64,000 nt of DNA from Octopus vulgaris (GCA_951406725.2 OX597815.1:40920001-40984000); one strand, 5' to 3'; positions 53,520 to 64,000 are shown, counted from the stretch's first letter. The notes: generated from the sequence alone by a model not told the origin. Numbers and translations: made by a program.

Positions 53520-54783
53520 CTGATGAACTCTTTGAATCACACTTTCAGCATCAATTTAATTTTCAAACTCCTTCTTTCGCAGGAAACCATCACGGTGCTT
53601 GAAAAAGTGGTAGTCGGTAGGAGAAAGGTCTGAAGAAGAAGCTGGATGGGGAAGAACTCCATAGCTGAGTTCCCTCAACTTCTGGAGCATCATTAGTGGA
53701 GCGTGTGGTCAAGCATTGTCATGAAGAATGTCGACCAGTCTGAGATGGAGGAGAAGCAGATTTTCATTCATTTTGGCAATTTCATGGCAATATATTTCTG
53801 CACTAGCGACTTTTCTGGGTTTTAAGAAATTATAGTGGATGAGTCCAGCAGTACACCAGGAAACAGTCACCATAACCTTCTTTATCAAGAACTCAGATTT
53901 AGGAAAGGTTTTCAGTGTTTCATTTTGGTCCAACTACTGTGAAGAACATTTTTTTATTATTGTACAGAATCCGTTTTTCATTACAAATTACAATACAGTC
54001 GAAAAATAGATTGGTCTGGTTATGGAGAAGAAGCGACGAACAAATTTCATATCTGTGCATTTTCTGATTTTCATTCAAATCGTGTGGTACCCATTTGTTA
54101 AGCTTTTTCGATTTTCCGATTACATGTAAATGGTTGCAGGCAGTTTTTCCGGCTAACTTGAAGTTTTTTTGCCAGTTCTTGAGTGGTTTTACAAGGATCT
54201 TTCTCAATGACAGTTTTTAATTGACTGTCACCGATGTATATATCAATGTTAATTTATTGATCCATTTAGGCAAATCTATGTCTGTATCATCAGACAATTG
54301 CAAAAATATATTTAAAAAAATTCAAAACTCTGTAAAAATCTGCTACAAATTCTTCACGTATATATATATATATATATATAAAACCAGGTTGAGTAATAAT
54401 TTAGCTATGTTTTGAACCGTGAAGAATTTGTACCAGATTTTTACAGAGTTTTGAATTTTTTTAAACATATTCTTGCAATTGTTTGATAATATAGACATAG
54501 ACTTGCCTAAATGGATCAATAAATTAACATTGATATTTTTTTCACCGCTGTTACAATCATCTGAAATGGAACTCACAAAGTGCAATATTCAAGCAATTTT
54601 GCTATTCAACTTCTATAAAGGATTAAAGCAGCTGAAACTGCTCTCGATATCAATGAAACATGTGGTGTGGAAATGACCAGTGAGTGGTCAGTTCAAAAAT
54701 GGTTTAAACGATTTCGCAATGGTGACCTGAGCCTTGAAGATCGTGAACATAGTAGACACCCATTTGTCATTGGTGACGGTCAA
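53520..54783 (-). mobile_element. Second mariner remnant, rearranged (3' part on minus strand, 5' end on plus strand at 54383-54783)
   Basis: WVPHDL, IVICNEKRILY, ILHDNA on the minus strand; MELTKCNIQAILLFNF N-terminus on the plus strand. Confidence 0.88.
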
Positions 54784-54914
54784 TATATATATTCAATTTT
54801 TGGGGATTAATTGATATGCGGGTATTCTATTTCAGATAACACAAAAATAACCTAATAAGTATATCTGACAGTAAACTCTTGGTATCAGTTTGCACATCAC
54901 AAAATAATACTTAA

Positions 54915-55726
54915 AGGATATAACCAAAATTACCAGCTGGGTATATAATATACTTCATTAATACTTATACATATTAAATATGAAGGAACTACATGTGTTT
55001 CAGTATTGGAAGATTACAATATATATACATATACACAACTGTATACCTATATATATATACATATATAAATACATATATACAATCATCAGATTTACAATTA
55101 TTCTAACATATCTTCAGGTTCTATTCCAAATTATTATATATCTAATTTTACATCCCTTTAAAATTAAGCAATACAATTAAGCATTAATGATTAAAAATTA
55201 TGAATTAAAAATTAAGAATAAAAATTATACTTTGTAATATTAAGAATTAAAATTTATAAATTATACATTATAAATACGAATTAGTATATATATCAATCAT
55301 GTAAAATCAAGCATGTCAAATACAGAATGTGAGATAGAAGACTAAACATCAGAATAAAAATGTCTGTGTTTAAATGTGATATATAACAAGAAAAATTCAA
55401 ATACATATCTTCCCCTTTTTTTTTGCTGGTACTAAAATGGTGATTTGAGGAAAAATTTGAGGGATGTAAAATTAGATATATAATATTTTGAAATAGAACC
55501 TGAATATGTGTTGGAATAATTGTAAATCTGACGATTGCATATGTGTATTTATATATGTATATATATATAGGTATACAGTTGTGTATATGTATATATATTG
55601 TAATCTTCCAATACTGAAACACACGTATGTAGTTCCTTCATATTTAATAAATATAAGTATTAACTAAAGTATGATACAATTAATGAAGTATATTATATAC
55701 CTAGCTGGTAATTTTGGTTATATCCT
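54915..55726. repeat. Inverted pair of about 250-bp repeats, each carrying a hammerhead-like motif (third copy at 51138-51825)
   Basis: 54915-55157 is the reverse complement of 55460-55726, with a roughly 300-bp spacer. Confidence 0.9.
54981..55130 (-). ncRNA. Type I hammerhead-ribozyme-like motif with intact core boxes
   Basis: GAAC-CUGAAGA-U-AUGUUAGAA...UUCCAAUAC-U-GAAAC-ACAU-GUA-GUUC: stem I GAAC/GUUC, imperfect stem II, minimal stem III. Confidence 0.6.
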
Positions 55727-55728
55727 GA

Positions 55729-55759
<31 letters not shown>

Positions 55760-55761
<2 letters not shown>

Positions 55762-56310
55762 GAATGGCATCTAAAACCATATAAACCATGCTAATTTAAT
55801 GCAGCAAGCTTTCCATATCTGAGCAAATAAGGACAACCAGAAGATCATTTCTCTGAATCCTTTTGTAGGCTACTTTGATGATGAAAGACAATGATGCTAT
55901 TGTAATGGCTGATAACTTCAACGGTCATGTTGGGAAGTACTTCAATGGATTTCATGGCATGTATTGAGATTATGGTTTTGGTTCCTGAAATGAGGAGGGA
56001 ACAAGGCTGTTGGAGTTCTGTGATGCAAATGACTTGCTGGTCTGTAATACTAACTTCATAATACCTATCAGCCATCTGATCAATCAATCTGGGGGTACAC
56101 AAACCATATTGACCACATTCCCATTGGAAACGGAGAAGAAGATGCTTGTGAATGCAATGTCCCTCCTGGATGAATAATCTACAACTCAACATATGTTAGT
56201 GGTTAGTGACTTGAGAGACTTAAGACTAGAAGGACTTGAAAACACAAACCAATTTGGAAAAGGTGGTTATGAAAGATTAAGGATCCTGAAAACAGCCAGA
56301 TATTTAGAGA
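55760..56310 (+). mobile_element. RTE-like apurinic endonuclease fragment, degenerate
   Basis: NFNGHVG...YGFGS*NEEGTRLLEFCDANDLLVCNT read across 55913-56051. Confidence 0.75.
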
Positions 56311-56944
56311 TATCTTTCTTTGTTTTATTATATAATAAAATGTATTCAAAAAGATTATTGCAATAAAATTGTTTCAAAATAGATTTATTACAATTTTTAT
56401 ATTTCAATTGTTACAAAATACATAATCTAATATTCAAAATCACATAACTGCATATAGCACAAAGGAGTGAAGAGAGAAGATTAATCTCTGTGCACAATGA
56501 AGACGGGAGTCCGGATGGCTCCTGTGCAAGGACAATCTGAATATAGACAAGTGTTGCAAAAACATATATTTGCAAATGAAATTTATAGAAAAACATCTAT
56601 GTAAAAAATTACCTAAATTATAGGTTTTACACAAGCTTATCGAAATTGATCAACATCAATGGAATTTGTAGTTGTGATACCAGTGCCGGTGGACGTAAGA
56701 GAACCATCCGAACGTGGCCGTAGCCAGCGCCGCATCGCCTGGCCTCCGTGCCGGTGTCATGTAACAAACACCATTCGATCGTGGCCATTGCCAGCCTCGC
56801 CTGGCCTTTTAAGAATTAGTATAACATAGGATCGCTCATGATATAAATATCATGAGTAAATTTTTATAGTTAGTTTATCACAGATGGCTTGTTTAGCAGT
56901 TCTTCATATTTCTTCATATTTGATGGTTGGTAGATATAGGCACA

Positions 56945-57135
56945 GGTATCACTTTGTGGAAAGAAGTTTGCTTCCTAAGCCCATGGTTCCAGGTTCACTC
57001 CCACTGGATGGCACCTTGACTAAGTTTCGTCTACTATAGCCTGGGCCAACCAAAGCTTTGTGAACGTATTTGGTAGACAAAGACTGACAATGGCCTGTTG
57101 TATATATATATGTATGTATATTGTGTGTGTGTGTG
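56945..57135 (+). mobile_element. Degenerate 5' half of a 30056-family SINE
   Basis: catggttccaggttcactcccactg..tggcaccttg...ctactatagcc...ccaaagctttgtga. Confidence 0.75.
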
Positions 57136-57139
57136 TATA

Positions 57140-58015
57140 TATATAGTGAGAATATAAAAAAACACCAAAGACGGTGTGTAAACAACAAACAGATATATTA
57201 GTTTTAACGCTCGAGAAGTGAGAAAGTCTTTTATGTTTCAAACCTACGCTCTTCAACAGCAAGGAACACAGAAACAGGGAGAGAAAATAAAAAAGGTTGT
57301 GGACAGAGATCTATCATGGCGAATACTGGGGAGAGGGGTCACACAGGGGAGATAATAAAGTAGAGGTGATCCCAAAATGAAGGTGCACATGCATATGTGA
57401 GAGCGTGTAATGTGCATATGGATGGGGGCTGGTGACCTTGACATGTGCATGTGTAGGTGTGTGGATGATGGTGTGGGTGCTGGGAAGTGGTCAGTGCTAG
57501 TGTGTGTGGGGTGGTGTGATGTGGTGGTGTTGGGTGTGGAGATGAGAGTGGAGGAAGCAAAGGTGTGGTGAGGTGGGGGTAGAGATGGGGTATGGTGGAA
57601 TGGAATGTATAGGGATGGTGGGGTTGGAATCTATAAGGGTGGGGTAACGAGGAAGGGGGTGACAATGAGGGGAGAAATAGGTAGGAGTGACGAGAGGAAG
57701 TAGGTGTTAAAGGAGAGGTGGGTGGGAGGAAGTAGGTGAGAGGAAGAGAAGAGTGAGTAGGAGGGTTAGATGAAGAGGGAAGGAGAGTTGAGCCCATGTA
57801 GCACAAAGGAGCGAAGAGAGAAGATTAATCCCTGTTCACAATGAAGACGGGAGTCCGGATGGCTCCTGTGCAAGGACAATCTGAACACAGACAGGTGTTG
57901 TAAAAAATGACCAGTAGAGCAGAAATGGTGCAAGACCAGGGTGCCATTGTCGAGTTTGATGTCTCAGAGGTGTTTTGTGAACCAGTCAACTAAGTGGCAT
58001 CCCGTTTGACTGATG
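57140..58015 (-). mobile_element. Penelope-like element 3' end (GIY-YIG endonuclease C-half and pseudo-LTR); duplicate fragment at 56454-56562
   Basis: HISQTGCHLVDWFTKHL*DI...HHFCSTGH...RLHCEQGLIFSLRSFVLHGLN fits the YIGQT..L..RF.EH...H..R...E..LIF.L....P.GLN pattern; hammerhead-like motif at 57226-57263. Confidence 0.8.
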
Positions 58016-58540
58016 TGCTTGGCATTAGGAAGGACATCTAGCTGTAGAAACTTTGCCAGGCCAGATTGAGCCTGGTGCAGCTTCTGGCTCACCAGTCCTC
58101 AGTAAAACCGTCCAACCCATGCTACCTTAAATGATAATGATGATGATATTCTTAAACATGAATACTACTGACAGTGGATTGGCCAGCAGGTCAAGACTTT
58201 GGAGTTACTGTTAATAATACAGTTGCGAGCCTCGCCTGGTCTCCATGCTGGTGGCACGTAAAAAGCACCATCCAATCGTGGCCATTTGCCAGCCTCGTCT
58301 GGCACCTGTGCAAGTGGCACGTAAAAGCACCCACTACACTCACGGAGTGGTTGGCATGAGGAAAGGCATCCAGCTGTAGAGACACTGTCAGATCAGATTG
58401 GAGCCTGGTGCAGCCATCTGGTTCACCAGACCTCAGTCAAATTGTCCAGAAACAGGTACAATAATAAAAGAATGAGTATTCATCAGCATCATCATCATCG
58501 TTTAACGTCCGTTTTCCATGCTAGCATGGAAAATGGACGT
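58016..58540. mobile_element. Cluster of RTE 3' UTR/tail fragments just downstream of the IAP-2 stop codon
   Basis: ggcatccagctgtaga, gcacgtaaaagcacc and tttaacgtccgttttccatgctagcatgg match the 3181-3400 RTE tail. Confidence 0.8.
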
Positions 58541-58558
58541 GGCTGTACTGGATATAAC

Positions 58559-58752
58559 TCAGAAAAATATTTTCACCATGCCATGAACCTTTTTCCGACA
58601 TAAAGGGCAGTTGCTGAGAGCAGGTGCACATGATGCGCAACTGACCAAATGGCCACATGGTAAAAATACCACACTCAATTCTTCATCTAAACAGATTTTA
58701 CAAAGCTTTTGTTCTTTTAGCATAGTATTCTCTGCAATTATATCAGCACTTG
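58559..58752 (-). CDS. IAP-2 RING exon
   Basis: ttgcag|SADIIAENTMLKEQKLCKICLDEELSVVFLPCGHLVSCASCAPALSNCPLCRKKVHGMVKIFF*. Confidence 0.95.
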
Positions 58753-61700
58753 CTGCAATAAAAAATAAAAAACAAAAGACAAAAAAAATAAGCGAACTGA
58801 AACATGATAAATTCTGAATATTAAAACAGTATCAGCAGTTACACAAGAAAAATATTCCATTTCATTCACACCAATTCACCCTAGGTTCCATGTGAACATG
58901 TTAGTTACTAATGCATGAACATTTCTCAGAGAGATTTAGAAAATACCTTTTCTTAAGATGTGTTCCAAAACATTATTATTCTTTTATTCTTTTATAGGTT
59001 TCAGTCCAAAGACTGTGGCCATGCTGGAGCACCGCCATTGTAATCATCTTTCCACTTTCCACCTTTGTCGGAGTGGCGTTTGGTGAAGAATGGAGTTTGA
59101 TGCTACTGCCCTCTTTTGAGTTTCTTGCTTAGATATTGGCTCATCTGGGATCTTGGTGAGCCAGATGTCAAGTTCACGTTTGAAAACACTTACATCCACT
59201 CCATGGAGGCTCCTCAGATCCTTCAGCAGAGAGTCAATAAAAACAAACAAAAAATCTATTTTGGCCCCTTCACAGCATAAAGCTGCTTCCCTCTCTACAG
59301 TTGAAGCTAGGTAGTAATTTTGCAAGTTCCTGGCAACCTCACTAGGCTGGTGCTATATAAAAAAGATCACCCTGTACACTTTGTAAAGTGATCGGTGTTA
59401 AAAAGTGCATCTAACTATAGAAACCATGCCACAACAGGCACTAGGCCATGATACAGTCCTCCAGGTTGATAGATTTTGTCAAACCATTCAACCCATGCCA
59501 ACATAGAAACTGTATGGTAAAAGAGGATGATATTGTATAGAACATTTAATTTTGTTAATAAGAAAATATGACCAGAAGGTTTAATTACTTTAATGTCTCC
59601 AACACAAAAACTAGAAAACTTATGATACTGAGATAAATAAGATAATTTAGAAAACATGGGGTAACAAAATTATACACATAACTCATCAATAAAGGAAACT
59701 AATCCAAACCATTTAGAATATTATTTTCTCCTCTTTCTGATATTGTAAATTGACATTGAGAAGTTACAGAATAGGCTGAAAAGAGTCAACTGGTTTGCTA
59801 TGTTGAGCTGAACATTTCTACAAGACTTCATAAAGCTGGTATTTACCTTCAGATTTGAGTAAATGAAATATATTACTATCTTGAGTAGTATGAGGATTTT
59901 AGTCTAATGCTACAAGCTAACAAAATATTTATAAATTGTACAATGTTTCCGCTAATTACACTAATGATCTGTGCCTCATTTTGGTATTTATTTAAAGCTA
60001 AAGAATCTCTGTCAGTGTCAGGATATGAATTATCAATCCATCATACCATAACAAATATCCAGAGAAGCTAACATAGGCACTTCAAAGTGGTTGCTCAACC
60101 TGCTAGAAATAGCAGTCAAGGCTCCATCAACTCAAAAAGAAAGGACATGTTGAATAATGTAATTCTTGAAAATAAGATGGGACGATTATAGCTTGAATGC
60201 ATTGGGCGAACAACAGCTGTGTCAATTGTGACTGTTTAGTCTAGATGTTTTCCTGGAATATTTACAATTACCATTAACCAAATATGTCAATGTACATCAG
60301 CTAATAATAGCTGATCAGGGACATGTGTAACAGATCTACATTGAACAGAAAAAAATAGCCATGTAATCTGAAATATGGATATTATTCTCAATGCTGAACA
60401 GGCAAATATGCATTAAACATAATATACATAGAACAACTTTGTTCAATTGTTTTCATGCATGTTTTTCCATGCTGGCAAGGGTTAGCTGAAGCTATTGCTT
60501 AAGTATCGTTTTTATGGCTAGATACCCTTCCTGTTACTAACCAATAATTGTTTTTCAAGTGAAGAATCTCTTATTTTACAAGTGTTTGAAGGCCCAAAGT
60601 GAGTGGATGATTTGTCGACAGGAGAAATGATAACATCACCACTTGCAGTTCTAGGTATTCAGAGAAGTGCAAATGTAAACAAAAGTACAGATGCCCACAC
60701 ATCCACACATAATTTATGTACATACACATGTATATGCCATTCTCAAAACCATATTCCATTTTTGATTTCTGGTTATTAGAAAGGATTACAGAGATTTATT
60801 TAAAAACTGAAAATGATATGGTGTTGACAGTTATAAAGTTTTAAAAGTAGATGTTTCCTTTCCTTGTGAGCAATGGCAATCTAGTGTCAATGTAAAACAA
60901 CAAAAGAAGGATTACTTAATAACAGCTACTTTACTGTCAGCATTTTAATAGATAGAAGAAGGATCACTTCTTATTTATTAACAATCATTTCAAAGTATGT
61001 AGAAATAGTAGAGTTATCATTTATTACTTACTAGAAGACATTTCAGCATCATGTTTTTCTCTTGTTTGGTCAGGCTCCTCTTCATCACTTACTTCCTCAA
61101 TATCATCATCATTGCCAGCTTTATAATGAGCATCGTTTTCAATTGCATCAAGTAAATCTGATGCGTGTGAAAAAGAAGATCCTTAAAAACAAAAAAGGAA
61201 AAAAAAACATGAACATACACGTTAGGTTTTGTGTAAAATATATCTAGCATTCAACTACATTCCTATTTGTCCATTACTTTCATAATAACACTGCTCCTTT
61301 GTTAGGTTTCTATCTGTACTTTGAAGTTGGAAATGCATAAACTAACAGATTTTTAAGAAAGGAAATTTTGTTGCACGAATGTATAATTTAGTGATTTCAT
61401 CACTAGAATATTTATCAGAAGTTATCAACCACATTTCATGGCCTCTCATATTTTTAGTTCAAATCAAAATATCAGGATACAATCCCAATCATGAAAAGCA
61501 ACTGCTGGTTGAACTCTGGTTCTGACAATTATATTATACTTCTATGTATGCATGTTAGTATTTTTTAGCATTATGCCTCTCATATATTTACAGAGAAGTT
61601 GCTGAAATCTTATACATGCTTTACTTTGAACAACTTGATGGCAGGAAACCAGATTATTCAAAGATTAATAATGTATAGTTTGATGGTTTACAGTACTGAC

Positions 61701-63612
61701 ATTGAATTCTTGCATATAAGCAACTGAATGAATTTTCTGCTAAAAGGCAAATGCTAAATTTTTCAATGAAATATTAAGAAGAAAACTCATTTTGGTAGAT
61801 TAGAATAAACTATGTGATATGGGGTCTGAAGAAGCTACAATCTCCAAAAGGTGATGAAAGTGCATCTGGCAAAATAGCTTGGGAAAAATTTATATTATTT
61901 AAGGATTTTGGGAAACCTAAGAGAAGAAGCAGATAAAGAGAGAATTTAACCAAAGTTATCAGATTGGGTTCTTATAAATTTATACTTCAAAGATAACATG
62001 ATGAAAGGCAAAAATGAATTAAAACACTGCGATTTGCTTCCTTGTGTATGATGTACTGAACAAACATATATCAATACAACAATGATTACAATGATAAATT
62101 TTGTATAAAAACTGGATAGTTAATTTTGTATAACAAAAAATTATTATATTTAAAAAAATCGTAAAGTATTCTTACCTGTTTCTTTGATTTTGTTTTTCAC
62201 AATTCTTTTGACTAGATTTCGATTATAGCCCATAGATAAAAGAGCCTTAACTGTAGGTGTTTCCATACATGATGCCTTAGATTTACGATTTTTCAACTTG
62301 GGAGAGCCTAAAATATAAAAGGAAATTATTAAAATGTTTCTAAAAATGTTCTAAATTTTATTTTTCAATTTAAAGTAATCTTTGACTATTTCCTAGTGTA
62401 ATTTTTATCTTTTTGTTTCTGTTCATGCAGCATCATCATTTTCCAAAAAGGGTACACTGGTGCAGTATCTGATTGTTTTCTCAAGGCAGATATGAGGCCT
62501 AGTGTGTAAAAGGCTTAGAAATGGGAACTGCATAGATTTGGTTTTTTTTTCCTTGGCTTCAAAACCTAAGTGACTCAACAAAATATATACAAACTTTAAA
62601 TTAGCCAATGATAAATTTTGATCACTAATTTTGACACTGAAATATTATCTATATGTTTGCTTTACAAATGATATGTTTTGTCTGATTTAAAGTTCTATAT
62701 TTGCCACATATATAATGAAACATATCTTCATTATTTTTATTGAATTTGCTCATCATGCTCTATTCTTGAAAAATGTTAACAGATAAACATGTATACTAGA
62801 AAAAAAGAAATGAGTCAATCATGGAAAACGTAATTACTTAATATGCATACTGTAATTATGAAATGATATAATCTTACATGATATTCTTTGTGAAAAACTG
62901 TGATGTGATGGTAAAAAAAAATCAATATCTTTTTGCAAATTTAATGAACTTCATTACATATAAATCACCAGAAAATAATTAAACATCTTGCATAATATCA
63001 TTTTTGGCAACTTTGTTGGCACATGCAGAAAGTTTCCTCATGCTTTCTATAATTTTGTGAATGGCTAACTTATACATTCAATTGCTTTTAATTTCTTGTA
63101 ATGTGCTGATGATTTTTTCACAATTTTGTGATATTGCAGCATTTCCTGCTCTCAGTGTCAACTGATAGTTGACATTTGCACAGCTGAGGGAAAATATTTT
63201 GCAAACTGGGCCGCGGATGCATCTCTATTAAATGTAACTTCCATATTGGTAGAAAGATATAGGGACGTTTCCTCTCTTAACCCTAACCCTTATTATAAAA
63301 GATATTTTGATAAGATCTTGTTAATGCTTCAATGATGCTGTCTAGTGATTATTAGAGCTTCTAGTTTAATTTAATTTTTTTATTGTCCAAATTCTTTCAT
63401 TATAAAAAATCATCTGTTTTGTTAAAAATAACATTTTCTTAAATGTAAGAATGTATGAAAATGATTGTATGAACAACATACTTTCCCTTATAAATAGCAA
63501 ATAACTTACTTGAAGTTAGGTTATCTGATGTCCTGTTATCTTCCATATCGTAATATCTACCAATTGCATCAATTTCAGGAGAATCGAAATCTGATCGAAC
63601 TTGTGAAGATTC
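58559..63612 (-). CDS. IAP-2 (paralogue, 5'-partial): join 63612-63510, 62307-62176, 61181-61032, 58752-58559; linker + UBA + RING
   Basis: Four GT-AG exons, phase-compatible and stop-free, homologous to IAP-1 exons 3-6; BIR exons expected beyond 64000. Confidence 0.9.
58980..59235 (-). mobile_element. CR1/L2-group LINE extreme 3' end inserted in the last IAP-2 intron
   Basis: SLLKDLRSLHGVDVSVFKRELDIWLTKIPDEP...RAVASNSILHQ then tail ggcggtgctccagcatggccacagtctttggactgaaac(taaaagaa)n; absent from the IAP-1 intron. Confidence 0.85.
61032..61181 (-). CDS. IAP-2 UBA C-part and acidic linker exon
   Basis: ttttaag|GSSFSHASDLLDAIENDAHYKAGNDDDIEEVSDEEEPDQTREKHDAEMSS|gtaagt. Confidence 0.9.
62176..62307 (-). 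CDS. IAP-2 UBA N-part exon
   Basis: ttccttttatattttag|SPKLKNRKSKASCMETPTVKALLSMGYNRNLVKRIVKNKIKET|gtaaga. Confidence 0.9.
63510..63612 (-). CDS. IAP-2 linker exon
   Basis: cttctcttaaag|ESSQVRSDFDSPEIDAIGRYYDMEDNRTSDNLTS|gtaagt; phase 0 to 1 as in IAP-1. Confidence 0.85.
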
Positions 63613-64000
63613 CTTTAAGAGAAGAATGTAATTTCAACAAATTTATATTCTAGTAATGCTGAGTGTACACAGAAGCATACACTTCTACATATAATTAAGT
63701 GTGGATTAACAAACATTAAGTATATTGTAGCTTGTATTTAACTATATGTTCATGCAGAAGATATCCTTGGACAAACTGCCAAACATTATTATTTTAAATT
63801 GTCTTACCAAAGAATAATTTTCACAAAAAAACTATATCTTTTCAAAGTCATTCTAAATTCAGGTATGTAAGAATTAGATAATACTTTTCTGATGGGCACT
63901 AATACCACCAAAACATGCATAGAGTTGTCACTATAATTACCAAAAAAACTCAGAGAAGACAGTTTTTGTATGTGGAAGGAAGATGCATAGGATCCATAAA

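Larger units (their letters stand above)
29400..63647 (+). repeat. Second unit of a tandem segmental duplication (collinear with about 1290-20260), heavily expanded by TE insertions
   Basis: Collinear matches: 1293-2155/29400-30532, 5420-5990/33270-33850, 9395-9940/34500-35015, 9940-10380/37850-38290, 16406-20260/58554-63647. Confidence 0.9.

Overview
AT-rich, repeat-saturated animal genomic DNA; the SINE/LINE repertoire looks cephalopod (octopus-like), which is an inference. The only host genes I can support are two tandem minus-strand inhibitor-of-apoptosis (IAP/BIRC) paralogues, assembled by hand from GT-AG exons that the ORF track mostly misses. IAP-1 is complete: six coding exons at 23748-16411, about 558 aa, with 4 BIR domains, a UBA domain and a C-terminal RING, and no CARD. 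IAP-2 is partial: linker, UBA and RING exons at 63612-58559, with its BIR exons beyond the window end. Both sit in a collinear segmental duplication (about 1.3-20.3 kb vs 29.4-63.6 kb). Between paralogues, introns are near-identical, the downstream flank is more diverged, and the linker exons are the most diverged, almost entirely by amino-acid-changing substitutions. The UBA exon boundary has also been restructured. The rest is transposon debris: RTE, CR1/L2-like, R4/Dong-like and L1/Tx1-like LINEs, Penelope-like relics with hammerhead-ribozyme-like motifs, mariner and hAT transposase remnants, tRNA-derived SINEs (two families share 3' tails with LINEs in this window) and MITEs carrying telomeric repeats. 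All identities are by-eye estimates.
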